DNA from: an uncultured Actinomycetota bacterium
Lineage (GTDB): Bacteria; Actinomycetota; Aquicultoria; CAYFWW01
Assembly: GCA_964346985.1 (NCBI GenBank)
Contig: CAYFWW010000005.1
Span: forward strand, 17,206 to 81,205
DNA length: 64,000 nucleotides
Reading direction: 5' to 3'
Both the position numbers and the translations under genes were made by a program. This document shows positions 1-9,485 of the stretch, piece by piece. Within the stretch, counting starts at the first letter, position 1. Every line of letters begins with the position of its first letter. Below the pieces are notes generated by a model that had not been told where the DNA came from, did no database searches, and was given only the letters and a program-made list of their open reading frames with translations.

Positions 1-402
1 AATGCCGAAAGCAGGAAGGGTGAAACTTTTGCAGAAATAAAAGGATTAAGTACATACGCACCATTTGCTGCAGCTGCAATGGCAATTTTTATGTTTTCCT
101 TGGCGGGTATCCCTCCTCTGGCTGGGTTTATTGCCAAGTACTGGATTTTTACAGCTGTGATTAGATCAGGTTATACCTGGCTAGCAATTATATCAGTATT
201 GAATAGTGCTTTATCAGCATATTATTATTTACGAGTGGTAAAAGTTATGTATCTTGACTCGGTGAATCAAAAACTTGAAATAGTAGCCTCAGTTTCACTT
301 TCATTTGCTGTGCTGGTAATGGTAGCTTTAACTTTGATTTTAGGGATATTCCCTCAGGTTTTTATGAGATTGACAGAAATGTCAATGATCTCAATTTTTT
401 AA
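1..402 (+). CDS. C-terminal fragment of a complex-I-type antiporter-like membrane subunit (NuoN/MnhD/hydrogenase-4 family), 5'-truncated by the window edge
   Basis: The reading frame is open from position 1. The translation ...FAAAAMAIFMFSLAGIPPLAGFIAKYWIF... matches the conserved C-terminal LAGIPP..GF..K motif of the NuoL/M/N family. The sequence is hydrophobic and helical. Confidence 0.6.
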   Translation, partial: NAESRKGETFAEIKGLSTYAPFAAAAMAIFMFSLAGIPPLAGFIAKYWIFTAVIRSGYTWLAIISVLNSALSAYYYLRVVKVMYLDSVNQKLEIVASVSLSFAVLVMVALTLILGIFPQVFMRLTEMSMISIF

Positions 403-435
403 AAATTTAAGTTTTTAGAGGTTTGGGCAAATTAA

Positions 436-1746
436 ATGGCATATTTATCATTTAAAGGGGGAATTCATCCCCCAGAGAATAAATACCTTTCTGAAGGTAA
501 GGAAATCGTAAACGCAGGCATTCCAGAAGAAATAATTATTCCTTTGAGCCAACATATAGGTGCTCCTTGTGACCCGCTTGTTGAAAAAGGCGACCAGGTC
601 CTTGCCGGTCAGATGATAGGTAAAAGTGAGGCTTTTGTTTCAGCGCCTGTTCATGCCAGTGTATCAGGAAAAGTTAAAGCAATAGAACCCAGGCTAACTT
701 TTACTGGGAATAAAGTCAATTCAATTGTCATAGAGCCCGACCAGGAACAAAAATCAGTAGAGTTTGAAGGATTGTCTGAGCTTTCTGCTGAAAATATTCG
801 CCAAAGAATTAGAGAGTCAGGCCTGGTAGGAATGGGCGGAGCTGCTTTCCCCACTTCGATTAAACTTACTCCGCCAAAAGATAAAAAAATAGACAGCGTT
901 ATTATTAATGGCTGTGAATGTGAACCGTACTTAACTTGCGACCATAGGAATATATTAGAAATGCCTGAAAAAATCATTGCCGGTTTAAAGATAATTATGA
1001 AGACTGTTGAAGCAGAAAAAGGTTATATTGGAATTGAGACGAATAAAATGGATGCTATCGAAGCCATTAAAGGTTTAATTGTAGACGAAGACTTAATAGA
1101 ACTCGTCATTTTAAAGACCAAATATCCGCAAGGTGCTGAAAAACAATTAATTAATGCCATTCTTATGAGAGAGGTTCCTTCAGGATGCCTTCCTGCAGAG
1201 GTAGGTGCTTTAGTTCAAAATGTTGGGACGACAATAAAAATTGCTGAAGCGGTCAATGATGGAAAACCTTTAATAGAAAGGGTATTGACAGTCAGCGGCA
1301 AGGGAGTAACTGAACCTTTAAATCTTTTAGTAAAGATAGGTACGCCGATTTCTCATTTGATTGAAAAAAGCGGAGGTTTTACTGGTGATGTTCAAAAAGT
1401 AATAATCGGTGGCCCAATGACTGGTTTTGCTCAATTTGATATGGGTGTACCAATCCAGAAAGGAACTTCAGGTGTTTTGGCTCTTAATGGCAGTGAGGTC
1501 AAGTTAGCTCTTGATCAACCTTGTGTTAGATGCGGGCGCTGTGTAAATCACTGCCCAATGAAGCTGACTCCTTTGTATTTTTGTTTTTTTGCTGAGAAAG
1601 ACATGATTGATGAATCGGAAGAAAATAATGTTCTAGACTGTTTTGAATGCGGCGCTTGTGCATATGTTTGCCCTTCGAGCAGAAGAATAATTCAATCAAT
1701 TCGCTATCTTAAAGGCAAGGTCTTAGCCAAAAAGAAAGGTGTATAG
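436..1746 (+). CDS. rnfC: Rnf electron transport complex subunit C (NADH-binding, two 4Fe-4S CxxCxxCxxxCP motifs)
   Basis: 436 aa. C-terminal motifs CVRCGRCVNHCP and CFECGACAYVCP. First gene of a canonical rnfCDGEAB order. Confidence 0.9.
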   Translation: MAYLSFKGGIHPPENKYLSEGKEIVNAGIPEEIIIPLSQHIGAPCDPLVEKGDQVLAGQMIGKSEAFVSAPVHASVSGKVKAIEPRLTFTGNKVNSIVIEPDQEQKSVEFEGLSELSAENIRQRIRESGLVGMGGAAFPTSIKLTPPKDKKIDSVIINGCECEPYLTCDHRNILEMPEKIIAGLKIIMKTVEAEKGYIGIETNKMDAIEAIKGLIVDEDLIELVILKTKYPQGAEKQLINAILMREVPSGCLPAEVGALVQNVGTTIKIAEAVNDGKPLIERVLTVSGKGVTEPLNLLVKIGTPISHLIEKSGGFTGDVQKVIIGGPMTGFAQFDMGVPIQKGTSGVLALNGSEVKLALDQPCVRCGRCVNHCPMKLTPLYFCFFAEKDMIDESEENNVLDCFECGACAYVCPSSRRIIQSIRYLKGKVLAKKKGV

Positions 1747-2763
1747 TTGGAAAAAAGACTAATTGTTTCGGCACCACCACATATAAAAACGCAAGCTGAT
1801 ACTAGCTCAGCTATGAGAGATGTAGTTATTTCACTAATTCCTGCCCTATTAGCTTCGATCTATTTCTTTGGACTGAATGCGTTATTAGTGATTGTATCTT
1901 GTATTATTGCTGCAATTTTGACTGAAATTGGCATGAGAAAAATCTTTGGCAAAAAACCTACAATATGGGATGGAAGTGCTGTTGTAACTGGGATTTTGCT
2001 TGCATTTACATTGCCTGCAGCTATACCGTGGTGGATTGCTGCCATTGGAGCTTTTATAGCTATAGCTATTGCTAAAGAAGTTTTTGGCGGGTTAGGTTCG
2101 AACATCTTTAATCCTGCTTTGGTGGGGAGAGCATTTCTCTTATCTTCCTGGGGAGTCTTTATGACGACTTGGTTAAAACCGCTATTCTGGAAAACAATCG
2201 GTGTATTGAACTTTATTACTCCTGGTTTTGAAGAACACAATCTTAAGCTATTCAATGTGCAAGGTAAGGCAGTTGTGGATACTATTACTCAGGCTACACC
2301 TCTGGCTATAGTCAAACAAGGCTTAGATCTGCAAATACCGAGCAACATAGAACTTTTTTTAGGCTCAAGAGCAGGAAGCCTGGGAGAAACATCTGTCCTG
2401 GCTCTTTTGATAGGAGCAGCTTATCTTTTATACAAAGGGCATATTGAATGGAGAATTCCCGGGAGTTTTATCGGATCAGTTTTTGCCCTCTCTTGGATTT
2501 TAGGAAGAGACCCAGTCTTTAGTATTATAACTGGAGGTTTGATTCTAGGTGCATTTTTTATGGCTACAGACTGGGTAACCAGCCCGATTACGGAAAAAGG
2601 TAAGCTAATTTTTGGTTTTGGAGCTGGCCTTTTAGTTGTTTTAATTAGGCAATATGGTGGTTTTCCAGAAGGTGTATGTTATTCAATTCTTTTAATGAAT
2701 GCAGCTACACCTTTGATTGACCGCTATACGAAACCTACGAAATTTGGGGAGGTTTCTGCATAG
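1747..2763 (+). CDS. rnfD: Rnf complex subunit D (NqrB-like membrane subunit); TTG start
   Basis: Polytopic membrane protein. N-terminal SAPPHI region is typical of RnfD/NqrB. The TTG start overlaps the rnfC stop. Confidence 0.9.
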   Translation: MEKRLIVSAPPHIKTQADTSSAMRDVVISLIPALLASIYFFGLNALLVIVSCIIAAILTEIGMRKIFGKKPTIWDGSAVVTGILLAFTLPAAIPWWIAAIGAFIAIAIAKEVFGGLGSNIFNPALVGRAFLLSSWGVFMTTWLKPLFWKTIGVLNFITPGFEEHNLKLFNVQGKAVVDTITQATPLAIVKQGLDLQIPSNIELFLGSRAGSLGETSVLALLIGAAYLLYKGHIEWRIPGSFIGSVFALSWILGRDPVFSIITGGLILGAFFMATDWVTSPITEKGKLIFGFGAGLLVVLIRQYGGFPEGVCYSILLMNAATPLIDRYTKPTKFGEVSA

Positions 2764-3296
2764 TGCAAGAATACGTAAGACCTATAATTATCTTATTCTT
2801 GATATGCTTTATTGCGGCCGGCCTTTTAGCTTATACTTTTTCTTTTACCGATCCTATTATTAAGGAGAATCTGGAAAAAGCTAGAGATGAAGCTCTACAG
2901 CAGGTTAAACCTGATATTGAGAAATTTGAGAAGAAAAAGAAAGATGAATTTTCATATTATGTTGGCCAAAATATAGAAGGGGATACAGCTTACGCTTTGG
3001 AAGTAGAAACGAAAGGATATCAAGGACCGATAACTTTGATAATTGGTATGAACACCGATGGAAGCATATCAGGAGTAAAAATTCTTCAGCAGTCTGAAAC
3101 CCCGGGACTAGGAGCACATATTGCTGATGATTGGTTTCAGGATCAGTTCGCAGGTAAGAGTTATAAAGATGATTTTATGGTAAAGGGTGAATTAAAAGAC
3201 TTGGATGCTATAACCGGAGCAACAATATCCTCAGATTTAGTTGCTAGTTCGGTCAAGGATAATACTCGCAAGCTCTTTGAAAAGGTGGAAGAGTAA
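2763..3296 (+). CDS. rnfG: Rnf complex subunit G (FMN-binding, membrane-anchored); GTG start
   Basis: Single N-terminal TM helix. Contains the FMN-attachment region ...ITGATISS... characteristic of RnfG/NqrC. Confidence 0.85.
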   Translation: MQEYVRPIIILFLICFIAAGLLAYTFSFTDPIIKENLEKARDEALQQVKPDIEKFEKKKKDEFSYYVGQNIEGDTAYALEVETKGYQGPITLIIGMNTDGSISGVKILQQSETPGLGAHIADDWFQDQFAGKSYKDDFMVKGELKDLDAITGATISSDLVASSVKDNTRKLFEKVEE

Positions 3297-3297
3297 T

Positions 3298-3936
3298 ATG
3301 AGTGAATCAAAAAAATCTTTGAAGATGGATTATTGGTACGAATTTAAAAAAGGAATATTTAGTGAAAATCCAACTTTTAAGTTAGTTTTAGGGATGTGCC
3401 CGGTTTTAGCTGTAACAACTGCTGTTGTGAATGGAATAGGTATGGGTTTGGGTACAACTTTTGTACTGTTATGTTCAAATATAATAATTGCTTTATTAAG
3501 AAAATATATACCAGAAAAAGTTAGAATTCCTTGCTTTATAGTGGTCATTGCTACTTTTGTGACTATCACCGATTATGTTATGGCTGCTTTCTCACCAGAT
3601 GTACATAAAGCACTCGGTATATTTGTTCCTCTAATAGTTGTCAACTGCATTATTTTAGGAAGAGCCGAAGTTTTTGCCAGTAAAAATAGAGTATATCCGT
3701 CTATAATTGATGCTTTAGGTATGGGAATCGGATTTACTTTAAATCTATTATTAATAGGTTTTATCAGAGAATTGATTGGAAGTGGTGTCCTTGGTGATGG
3801 GACTGCCCTAAGAATTCAGATTTTTAATCCGGATTATTCAGCGGTTATGCTAATATTGCCACCCGGTGCTTTTATAACCATGGGGCTCTTGCTGGCACTC
3901 TTTAATTCACTAAGTAATCGCAAAAAAAGTGTCTAG
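3298..3936 (+). CDS. rnfE: Rnf complex subunit E
   Basis: The ATG at 3298 gives MSESKK...FKLVLGMCPVLAVTT..., an RnfE/NqrD-type membrane protein. The longer ORF from 3241 overlaps rnfG and is unlikely. Confidence 0.9.
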   Translation: MSESKKSLKMDYWYEFKKGIFSENPTFKLVLGMCPVLAVTTAVVNGIGMGLGTTFVLLCSNIIIALLRKYIPEKVRIPCFIVVIATFVTITDYVMAAFSPDVHKALGIFVPLIVVNCIILGRAEVFASKNRVYPSIIDALGMGIGFTLNLLLIGFIRELIGSGVLGDGTALRIQIFNPDYSAVMLILPPGAFITMGLLLALFNSLSNRKKSV

Positions 3937-3945
3937 GTGATTAGG

Positions 3946-4530
3946 ATGGATAAAGGAAGCTTAATTTTTATATTGATAAGTGCCATCTTAATAAATAATT
4001 TTATTGTCATTCGTTTTTTGGGGATTTGTCCATTTCTTGGTGTGTCCAGGAAAGTTGAAACTGCTATAGGCATGGGGATGGCTGTAATTTTTGTCATGAC
4101 CCTGGCCGGCATTATTTCCTGGATGCTCTATAATTATATTTTAATACCTCTGAAAGTAGAGTTTTTAGAGACTGTTGCTTTTATACTAGTTATTGCTTCT
4201 CTTGTTCAATTAGTTGAAATGTTTCTAAATAAATTCTCTCCGACCTTGTACAGAGCTCTGGGTATTTATTTACCACTAATAACGACCAATTGTGCTGTAT
4301 TGGGAGTAGCCCTTTTAAATATTGATGAATCCTATAATTTTATCCAGATGACCATACATAGTTTTGGAGCTGCTATTGGTTGGACCTTAATTATTGTCTT
4401 ATTTGCCGGAGTAAGGGAGAGGCTTGAATTTTCAGACATACCTGAGCCATTTAGAGGAATGGCTATCGCCTTTATTATTGCGGGATTATTCTCTATGGCC
4501 TTTTTAGGTTTTTCAGGCTTCTTAAGCTAG
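3946..4530 (+). CDS. rnfA: Rnf complex subunit A
   Basis: RnfA/NqrE-like membrane protein (…[11 protein letters not shown]…). The ATG at 3946 is preceded by AGGTGA. An in-frame GTG at 3937 is an alternative start. Confidence 0.9.
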   Translation: MDKGSLIFILISAILINNFIVIRFLGICPFLGVSRKVETAIGMGMAVIFVMTLAGIISWMLYNYILIPLKVEFLETVAFILVIASLVQLVEMFLNKFSPTLYRALGIYLPLITTNCAVLGVALLNIDESYNFIQMTIHSFGAAIGWTLIIVLFAGVRERLEFSDIPEPFRGMAIAFIIAGLFSMAFLGFSGFLS

Positions 4531-4538
4531 GTGATTAA

Positions 4539-5336
4539 ATGATTGAGACAATTGTATTTTCTATAACAACACTGGCGGGACTTGGTATAACATTTGGCCT
4601 TCTTCTTTCCTATGCCTCAAAAGTCTTTTATGTCGAAATAGATCCGAAGCTTAAAAATCTTGAGGAAGCATTGCCCGGTTTGAACTGTGGGGTCTGCGGT
4701 TACGCCGGATGTAATGATTTTGCTTCTGCTGTTTTGCGAGATGATGCACCAGTGGATGGTTGTAAAGCAGGTGGAATCGAAATTGCCAGGGATGTGGCTG
4801 ATATCATGGGAGTCGAATTGGAAGGGGAAGAAGAAGCTTTGGTGGCTGTAGTAAACTGCACAGGCCGCCAAGACGGTGTCGTTGAAAGATTCATCTATGA
4901 TGGAATTAAAGACTGCAACATTGCAAATTCATTGGCTGGAGGCTCTCTTTTATGCACTTATGGTTGTCTTGGAGGCGGCGATTGCATTAAGGCATGCCCC
5001 TTTGATGCTATTACTTATGGCAAAAATAACTCTATCATTATTGAACAGGATAAATGTGTCGGATGTGGAGGCTGTGTAACAGCATGCTCCCGTAATATTA
5101 TTACCTTGATTCCGGTAGAAAAAAGATTAAGGAATCTTTGTGTCAATAAAGAAAAGGGGAAGCTTGTCAGAAAATCATGTGAAGTCGGATGTATTGCCTG
5201 CAAAGCTTGCCAGAAAGCCTGTGAGGTTGAGGCAATTACAATCGAAGATTTTCTGGCTGTTATTGATTATGAAAAATGTGATGATTGCGGAAAATGTGTA
5301 GAAAAATGCCCAACCAATTGTCTTTTGCTTGTCTAA
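4539..5336 (+). CDS. rnfB: Rnf complex subunit B (N-terminal membrane anchor, Cys-rich FeS domain, several 4Fe-4S ferredoxin motifs)
   Basis: CGVCGYAGC and CKAGG motifs plus multiple CxxCxxCxxxCP ferredoxin repeats. Last gene of the rnf operon. Confidence 0.9.
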   Translation: MIETIVFSITTLAGLGITFGLLLSYASKVFYVEIDPKLKNLEEALPGLNCGVCGYAGCNDFASAVLRDDAPVDGCKAGGIEIARDVADIMGVELEGEEEALVAVVNCTGRQDGVVERFIYDGIKDCNIANSLAGGSLLCTYGCLGGGDCIKACPFDAITYGKNNSIIIEQDKCVGCGGCVTACSRNIITLIPVEKRLRNLCVNKEKGKLVRKSCEVGCIACKACQKACEVEAITIEDFLAVIDYEKCDDCGKCVEKCPTNCLLLV

Positions 5337-5343
5337 TTATAAT

Positions 5344-5718
5344 ATGTTATTAAAACGAGCTGATAAATTTCTAATAATATCTCTTTTATCTTTAGCTTTA
5401 TTCCTTTTTATCCCAAACAGAGCTTTTACTAAACGTTATAATTCTACGAGTATTACGGTATATAAAGGCAACGAAATTCTATTTAAAAAGGATTTAAATG
5501 ATGATGGATTCTATTTGATAAAGGATGCTGAAGGAAAGATGTCTTTGCAGATAAAGGATAATAAAGTTAGAGTGGCCGATTCCGATTGTCCTAGAAAAAT
5601 ATGCATTCAACAGGGCTGGATTAGCCAACCGGGCCAAGTAATATATTGTGTACCAAACAATATTATGGTTGAAATAGATTCAAAAAATAAACAGGAAATT
5701 GATTCAGTGCTTAGGTGA
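5344..5718 (+). CDS. Small N-terminally anchored/secreted protein, NusG-domain-II-like (hypothetical)
   Basis: Hydrophobic N-terminus, then a beta-rich domain with CPRKICIQQGW...VIYCVPNNIMVEI. From memory this resembles the NusG_II-type small proteins that accompany Rnf/flavin-trafficking genes in Clostridia. An ATG at 5344 is preferred over the TTG at 5329. Confidence 0.45.
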   Translation: MLLKRADKFLIISLLSLALFLFIPNRAFTKRYNSTSITVYKGNEILFKKDLNDDGFYLIKDAEGKMSLQIKDNKVRVADSDCPRKICIQQGWISQPGQVIYCVPNNIMVEIDSKNKQEIDSVLR

Positions 5719-5722
5719 GAAC

Positions 5723-6253
5723 ATGAAAACAAAAATGATTGCTATTCAAGCTGTTTTTCTGGCATTGGCTTTAATTTTGCATTTTATAGAAAATTTGTTA
5801 GTTCCGCCTTTGCCATTACCAGGAGCTAAACTTGGATTAGCAAATATAATTCCATTGGTCTTAATTTATCTTTATTCGTGGAAAGAAGGCCTTCTAAACT
5901 CAATTTTTAGAGTTTTCTTAGGTTCGATTATTGTTGGTACATTTTTTACTCCGGCATTCTTTTTTAGCATTGCAGGGGCAATTCTTAGCACAATAGCCAT
6001 GTCTGTGGTTATAGCCAGGTTTAGAGAGTTATTTTCAATAATTGGAGTGGGTATAATAGGGGCTGTTGGCCATAACCTGGCTCAGCTTTTTGTGGCCATA
6101 TTAATAACTTCGCATCTCGGAGTTCTTTTATTAAGCCCCTTATTAATTATTATCTCAATTATTACCGGAATGACTACCGGTTATATAGCTTCTATTACCT
6201 TAAAGAGCTTGTTTCAATATAATGTTCAGAGGGTTTATCAAAATATCTACTAA
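5723..6253 (+). CDS. Gx transporter family membrane protein (heptaprenyl-diphosphate-synthase-component-I-like / ECF S-component-like)
   Basis: About 177 aa with 5-6 TM helices. The ATG at 5723 is preceded by AGGTGAG. Pairing with the preceding NusG_II-like gene downstream of rnf is a recurrent arrangement. Confidence 0.5.
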   Translation: MKTKMIAIQAVFLALALILHFIENLLVPPLPLPGAKLGLANIIPLVLIYLYSWKEGLLNSIFRVFLGSIIVGTFFTPAFFFSIAGAILSTIAMSVVIARFRELFSIIGVGIIGAVGHNLAQLFVAILITSHLGVLLLSPLLIIISIITGMTTGYIASITLKSLFQYNVQRVYQNIY

Positions 6254-6343
6254 TTATTTCATTTGTTATATAATTAAGCAGAATTTTTTTATTCTATAAA
6301 AAGCGTTATAATATCAGATTACTGTCTTTAATATGGAGGGGTT

Positions 6344-7039
6344 TTGGCTGAAATTGAAAATAAAATTACGATAAAAGAACTGCCTTGTGAAATTAGGCCG
6401 AGAGAGAGATTATTTGAGCAAGGAACAGGAAGCCTGTCAGATGCGGAACTACTGGCGCTAGTAATTGAAAGCGGTATTAATGGGAAAAATGCACTTCAAC
6501 TGGCTCAAGAGATATTGATTACCTTTGGAGCTCTTAATAAAATACCTTATAAATATCCGGCAGAGTTGTTCTCGGTAAAAGGAATAGGAAAGGCTAAGGT
6601 AGGGAAGATTCTTGCTGCTATCGAGATGGGTAAAAGGGCTTATTTTGGATCAAAATCAGTCGGCCGAAAGATTTCAAACCCTGAAGAAGCTGCTAATTTT
6701 TTATTGCCTGAGCTTGGTTTTTTAGAGCATGAAGTAGTTAAGGTTATTATTTTGAATATAAAAAATATAGTCCTAAGAATGGATACTGTTTCAACCGGGG
6801 GATTAAACAAAGCGTTAGTTCTGCCTAGAGATATTTTTCGCCCAGCATTAAGAGAAAACGGTTCTGCGGTGATTATAGCTCATAATCATCCAAGCGGTGA
6901 TATCCAACCTAGCCAGGCAGATAAAGAATTTACTGAAAGGATTAAACAAGCGGGAAAAACAATAGGAATAAAACTACTTGATCATTTCATCATTGGACAA
7001 GGTAGATATATTAGCTTGAAAAGAATGGGGATTTTATAG
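6344..7039 (+). CDS. radC: RadC-like JAB/MPN-domain protein; TTG start
   Basis: C-terminal HNHPSG JAMM motif and an N-terminal helix-hairpin-helix region. Sits upstream of mreB as in Bacillus. Confidence 0.85.
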   Translation: MAEIENKITIKELPCEIRPRERLFEQGTGSLSDAELLALVIESGINGKNALQLAQEILITFGALNKIPYKYPAELFSVKGIGKAKVGKILAAIEMGKRAYFGSKSVGRKISNPEEAANFLLPELGFLEHEVVKVIILNIKNIVLRMDTVSTGGLNKALVLPRDIFRPALRENGSAVIIAHNHPSGDIQPSQADKEFTERIKQAGKTIGIKLLDHFIIGQGRYISLKRMGIL

Positions 7040-7067
7040 TGACACATTATTCTAGGAGTATAAAGTA

Positions 7068-8099
7068 ATGTTTGATTTTTTATTAGGCCCTTTAGGAAGG
7101 GATATGGCAGTTGATTTAGGGACTGCAACAACCTTGGTTCATGTAAAAGGCCGGGGAATAGTTTTAATTGAACCCTCAGTTGTGGCCATTGAAAAGAAAT
7201 CAGGAAAAATCTTAGCTGTGGGTACAGATGCAAAAAAGATGCTGGGGAGAACTCCTGGCAGTATTGTGGCCATAAGACCTTTAAGAGACGGAGTAATTGC
7301 TGATTTTGATGTAACAGAATCAATGATCCGTTATTTTATTCAGAAAGTACATAACCGCCGTTTTGCCGTTAAACCAAGAGTAGTAGTTTGTGTCCCTTCC
7401 GGTGTGACCGAAGTAGAAAAAAGAGCAGTCTTTGAAGCAACTTTACAAGCTGGAGCTAGAGCTGCTTTTCTTATTGAAGAACCAATGGCTGCAGCCATTG
7501 GGGCCGGTTTACCTATTCAGGAGCCTACCGGAAATATGGTTGTCGATATAGGAGGAGGGACAACTGAGGTAGCAGTCATATCCTTAGGAGGAGTAGTTAC
7601 CAGCATCTCAATTCGCATTGGCGGGGATGAGTGTGATGAATCTATAATCCAGCATGTCAAGAGGGAATACAATATTATGATTGGAGAAAGAACCTCCGAA
7701 GAAATAAAGATTGAAATTGGATCAGCATACCCCCTTTCCGAAGAGGAAGATGCTGAAGTGAGAGGCCGGGATCTATTGACTGGCTTGCCAAAAAACATCG
7801 TTCTTTCATCAGAAGAGATTAGGGCTGCAATGGAAGAACCTGTAAGCTCAATAATTCAAGCTATCAAAAGCACTCTTGAGAAAACACCACCTGAGCTTTC
7901 AAGCGATATTATGGATAGGGGCTTGGTGCTTGCCGGGGGAGGAGCTTTGATGAAGGGTCTTGATGAACGACTGCGTCAAGAAACTGGTATGCCTGTTCAT
8001 GTTGCCGAAGACCCAATGACAGCAGTTGTGTTAGGGTCGGGTAAAGCTTTAGAGGAAATTGATGTATTAAAACAAATACTCATAGGCAGTCAAAGATAG
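7068..8099 (+). CDS. mreB: Rod shape-determining actin homologue MreB
   Basis: 343 aa with actin-fold motifs ([16 protein letters not shown]). TAGGAG ribosome-binding site. Confidence 0.95.
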   Translation: MFDFLLGPLGRDMAVDLGTATTLVHVKGRGIVLIEPSVVAIEKKSGKILAVGTDAKKMLGRTPGSIVAIRPLRDGVIADFDVTESMIRYFIQKVHNRRFAVKPRVVVCVPSGVTEVEKRAVFEATLQAGARAAFLIEEPMAAAIGAGLPIQEPTGNMVVDIGGGTTEVAVISLGGVVTSISIRIGGDECDESIIQHVKREYNIMIGERTSEEIKIEIGSAYPLSEEEDAEVRGRDLLTGLPKNIVLSSEEIRAAMEEPVSSIIQAIKSTLEKTPPELSSDIMDRGLVLAGGGALMKGLDERLRQETGMPVHVAEDPMTAVVLGSGKALEEIDVLKQILIGSQR

Positions 8100-8110
8100 G
8101 TGGATAATGA

Positions 8111-8968
8111 ATGCCTTCTTCTCGAATACCACGTGGTCGTATTGTCTTAGTAATTTTATTGATTATAAGTATCTTACTTTTAACGCTTTATGTTCGTGAA
8201 GGAGAAGAAGGAATACTTCATGATACACAAAGAATAGCTATTGAAATCTTTGCACCTATTCAAAAAGGTGTCTTTGTTATTACATCTCCATTTAAAAAAG
8301 CATATCTTTATATTGCTAATTTTGGAACTGTTTATGACCAAAATAAGGAATTAAAAAAAGAAGTAAAGGAACTCAGGCAAGCTATACTATCTTTAAAGAC
8401 TTTTGAAGAAGAAAATAAGAGACTAAGAGAACTGCTGGCCTTTAAAAAGAAAAATGAATTTGAGACAATAAGTGCTCAAGTTATTGGAAAATCAGCAACA
8501 AACTGGCGATATACAATTATTATCGACAGGGGTTCCAAAGATGGAATAAAAAAGAATATGCCGGTGATTGTAGCCGATGGCCTGGTAGGCCAAGTGACGG
8601 AGGTATCAGGATATGCCTCGCAAGTAAAGCTGATAATAGACCCTAAAAGCGGTGTTGGAGCTCAGTTGTTAGAATCACGCGAGACAGGCATTGTCGAAGG
8701 CGAAGTTGGTGGAAACCTTTCTTTAAGCTTCATAACCCGTGAAGCAAACATCAACAAAGGAGACGCCGTTGTCACCTCCGGTCTTGGGGGATTATATCCG
8801 AAAGGAATTTATATCGGATTGGTTGAGGAAGTAGATCAAAAATCATATAGCTTATATAAGGAAATAATAGTCAGTTCTCCAATAGATTTTTCAAAGCTTG
8901 AAGAAGTAATGATCATTATAAATCCACCGCTAGAACTTCCATTTGAAACAGATAGGGATGGTGGATAA
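8111..8968 (+). CDS. mreC: Rod shape-determining protein MreC
   Basis: N-terminal TM helix, coiled coil, and a beta-rich C-terminal domain. Positioned between mreB and mreD. Confidence 0.85.
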   Translation: MPSSRIPRGRIVLVILLIISILLLTLYVREGEEGILHDTQRIAIEIFAPIQKGVFVITSPFKKAYLYIANFGTVYDQNKELKKEVKELRQAILSLKTFEEENKRLRELLAFKKKNEFETISAQVIGKSATNWRYTIIIDRGSKDGIKKNMPVIVADGLVGQVTEVSGYASQVKLIIDPKSGVGAQLLESRETGIVEGEVGGNLSLSFITREANINKGDAVVTSGLGGLYPKGIYIGLVEEVDQKSYSLYKEIIVSSPIDFSKLEEVMIIINPPLELPFETDRDGG

Positions 8969-9476
8969 ATTGCGGATATGGCAAAAAATAACTTTACTGA
9001 TACTAGCGACTGCAATTTTCCAGTCAACTATAGCACCATATTTGACAATTAAGGGTGTGCAACCAGATTTTATTTTAATAGTTGTGATTTTTTGCGCATT
9101 TATTTATGGTTCGAGCATAGGTGGTATTATGGGTTTTGGCGGTGGTTTGTTCCAGGATATAATTTTGAGTCAAACCTTTGGGATAAATGCCATAATAAAG
9201 ATTATCTTAGGTTATTTAGCGGGTTTTTTTCAAAGAAAAATATTTATGGAGCAACAGTATCTTTCAATATTGGCTATTTTCTTGGCTACAATCTTATCTC
9301 AGATTCTCTATACTATTATAAATTTTATGGTAGGTATTAAATTACCGTTTTGGTCTGTTTTTTGGAGACTATTGATTCCCATGGCCTTTTATAATTCGTT
9401 AATTTCAATTTTTCTTTTCCCTATTCTTGATAAGATATTAAAAGAAAAGGAGGAGCTCAAACCGCTCCAGAATTAA
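8958..9476 (+). CDS. mreD: Rod shape-determining protein MreD (start uncertain: TTG 8943, ATG 8958 or GTG 8961)
   Basis: Small polytopic membrane protein directly after mreC. It overlaps the mreC stop. Confidence 0.7.
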   Translation: MVDKLRIWQKITLLILATAIFQSTIAPYLTIKGVQPDFILIVVIFCAFIYGSSIGGIMGFGGGLFQDIILSQTFGINAIIKIILGYLAGFFQRKIFMEQQYLSILAIFLATILSQILYTIINFMVGIKLPFWSVFWRLLIPMAFYNSLISIFLFPILDKILKEKEELKPLQN

Positions 9477-9485
9477 TATTTTTAT

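Noticed and set aside
651-2255. Minus-strand ORFs 651-977 and 1860-2255, inside rnfC and rnfD
   Set aside because: They are fully embedded antisense to well-supported Rnf genes. There are no start signals, and the translations are low-complexity.
5329-5343. TTG start at 5329 for the NusG_II-like gene (and the extended starts at 3241 for rnfE and 29171 for queH)
   Set aside because: These upstream in-frame starts overlap the preceding gene and lack ribosome-binding sites. The downstream ATGs (5344, 3298, 29189) give family-typical N-termini.
9092-9340. Alternative-frame ORF (82 aa) inside mreD
   Set aside because: Same strand, shifted frame, embedded in the mreD membrane-protein coding frame, and rich in aromatic residues as expected from frame-shifted hydrophobic codons. 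Spurious.
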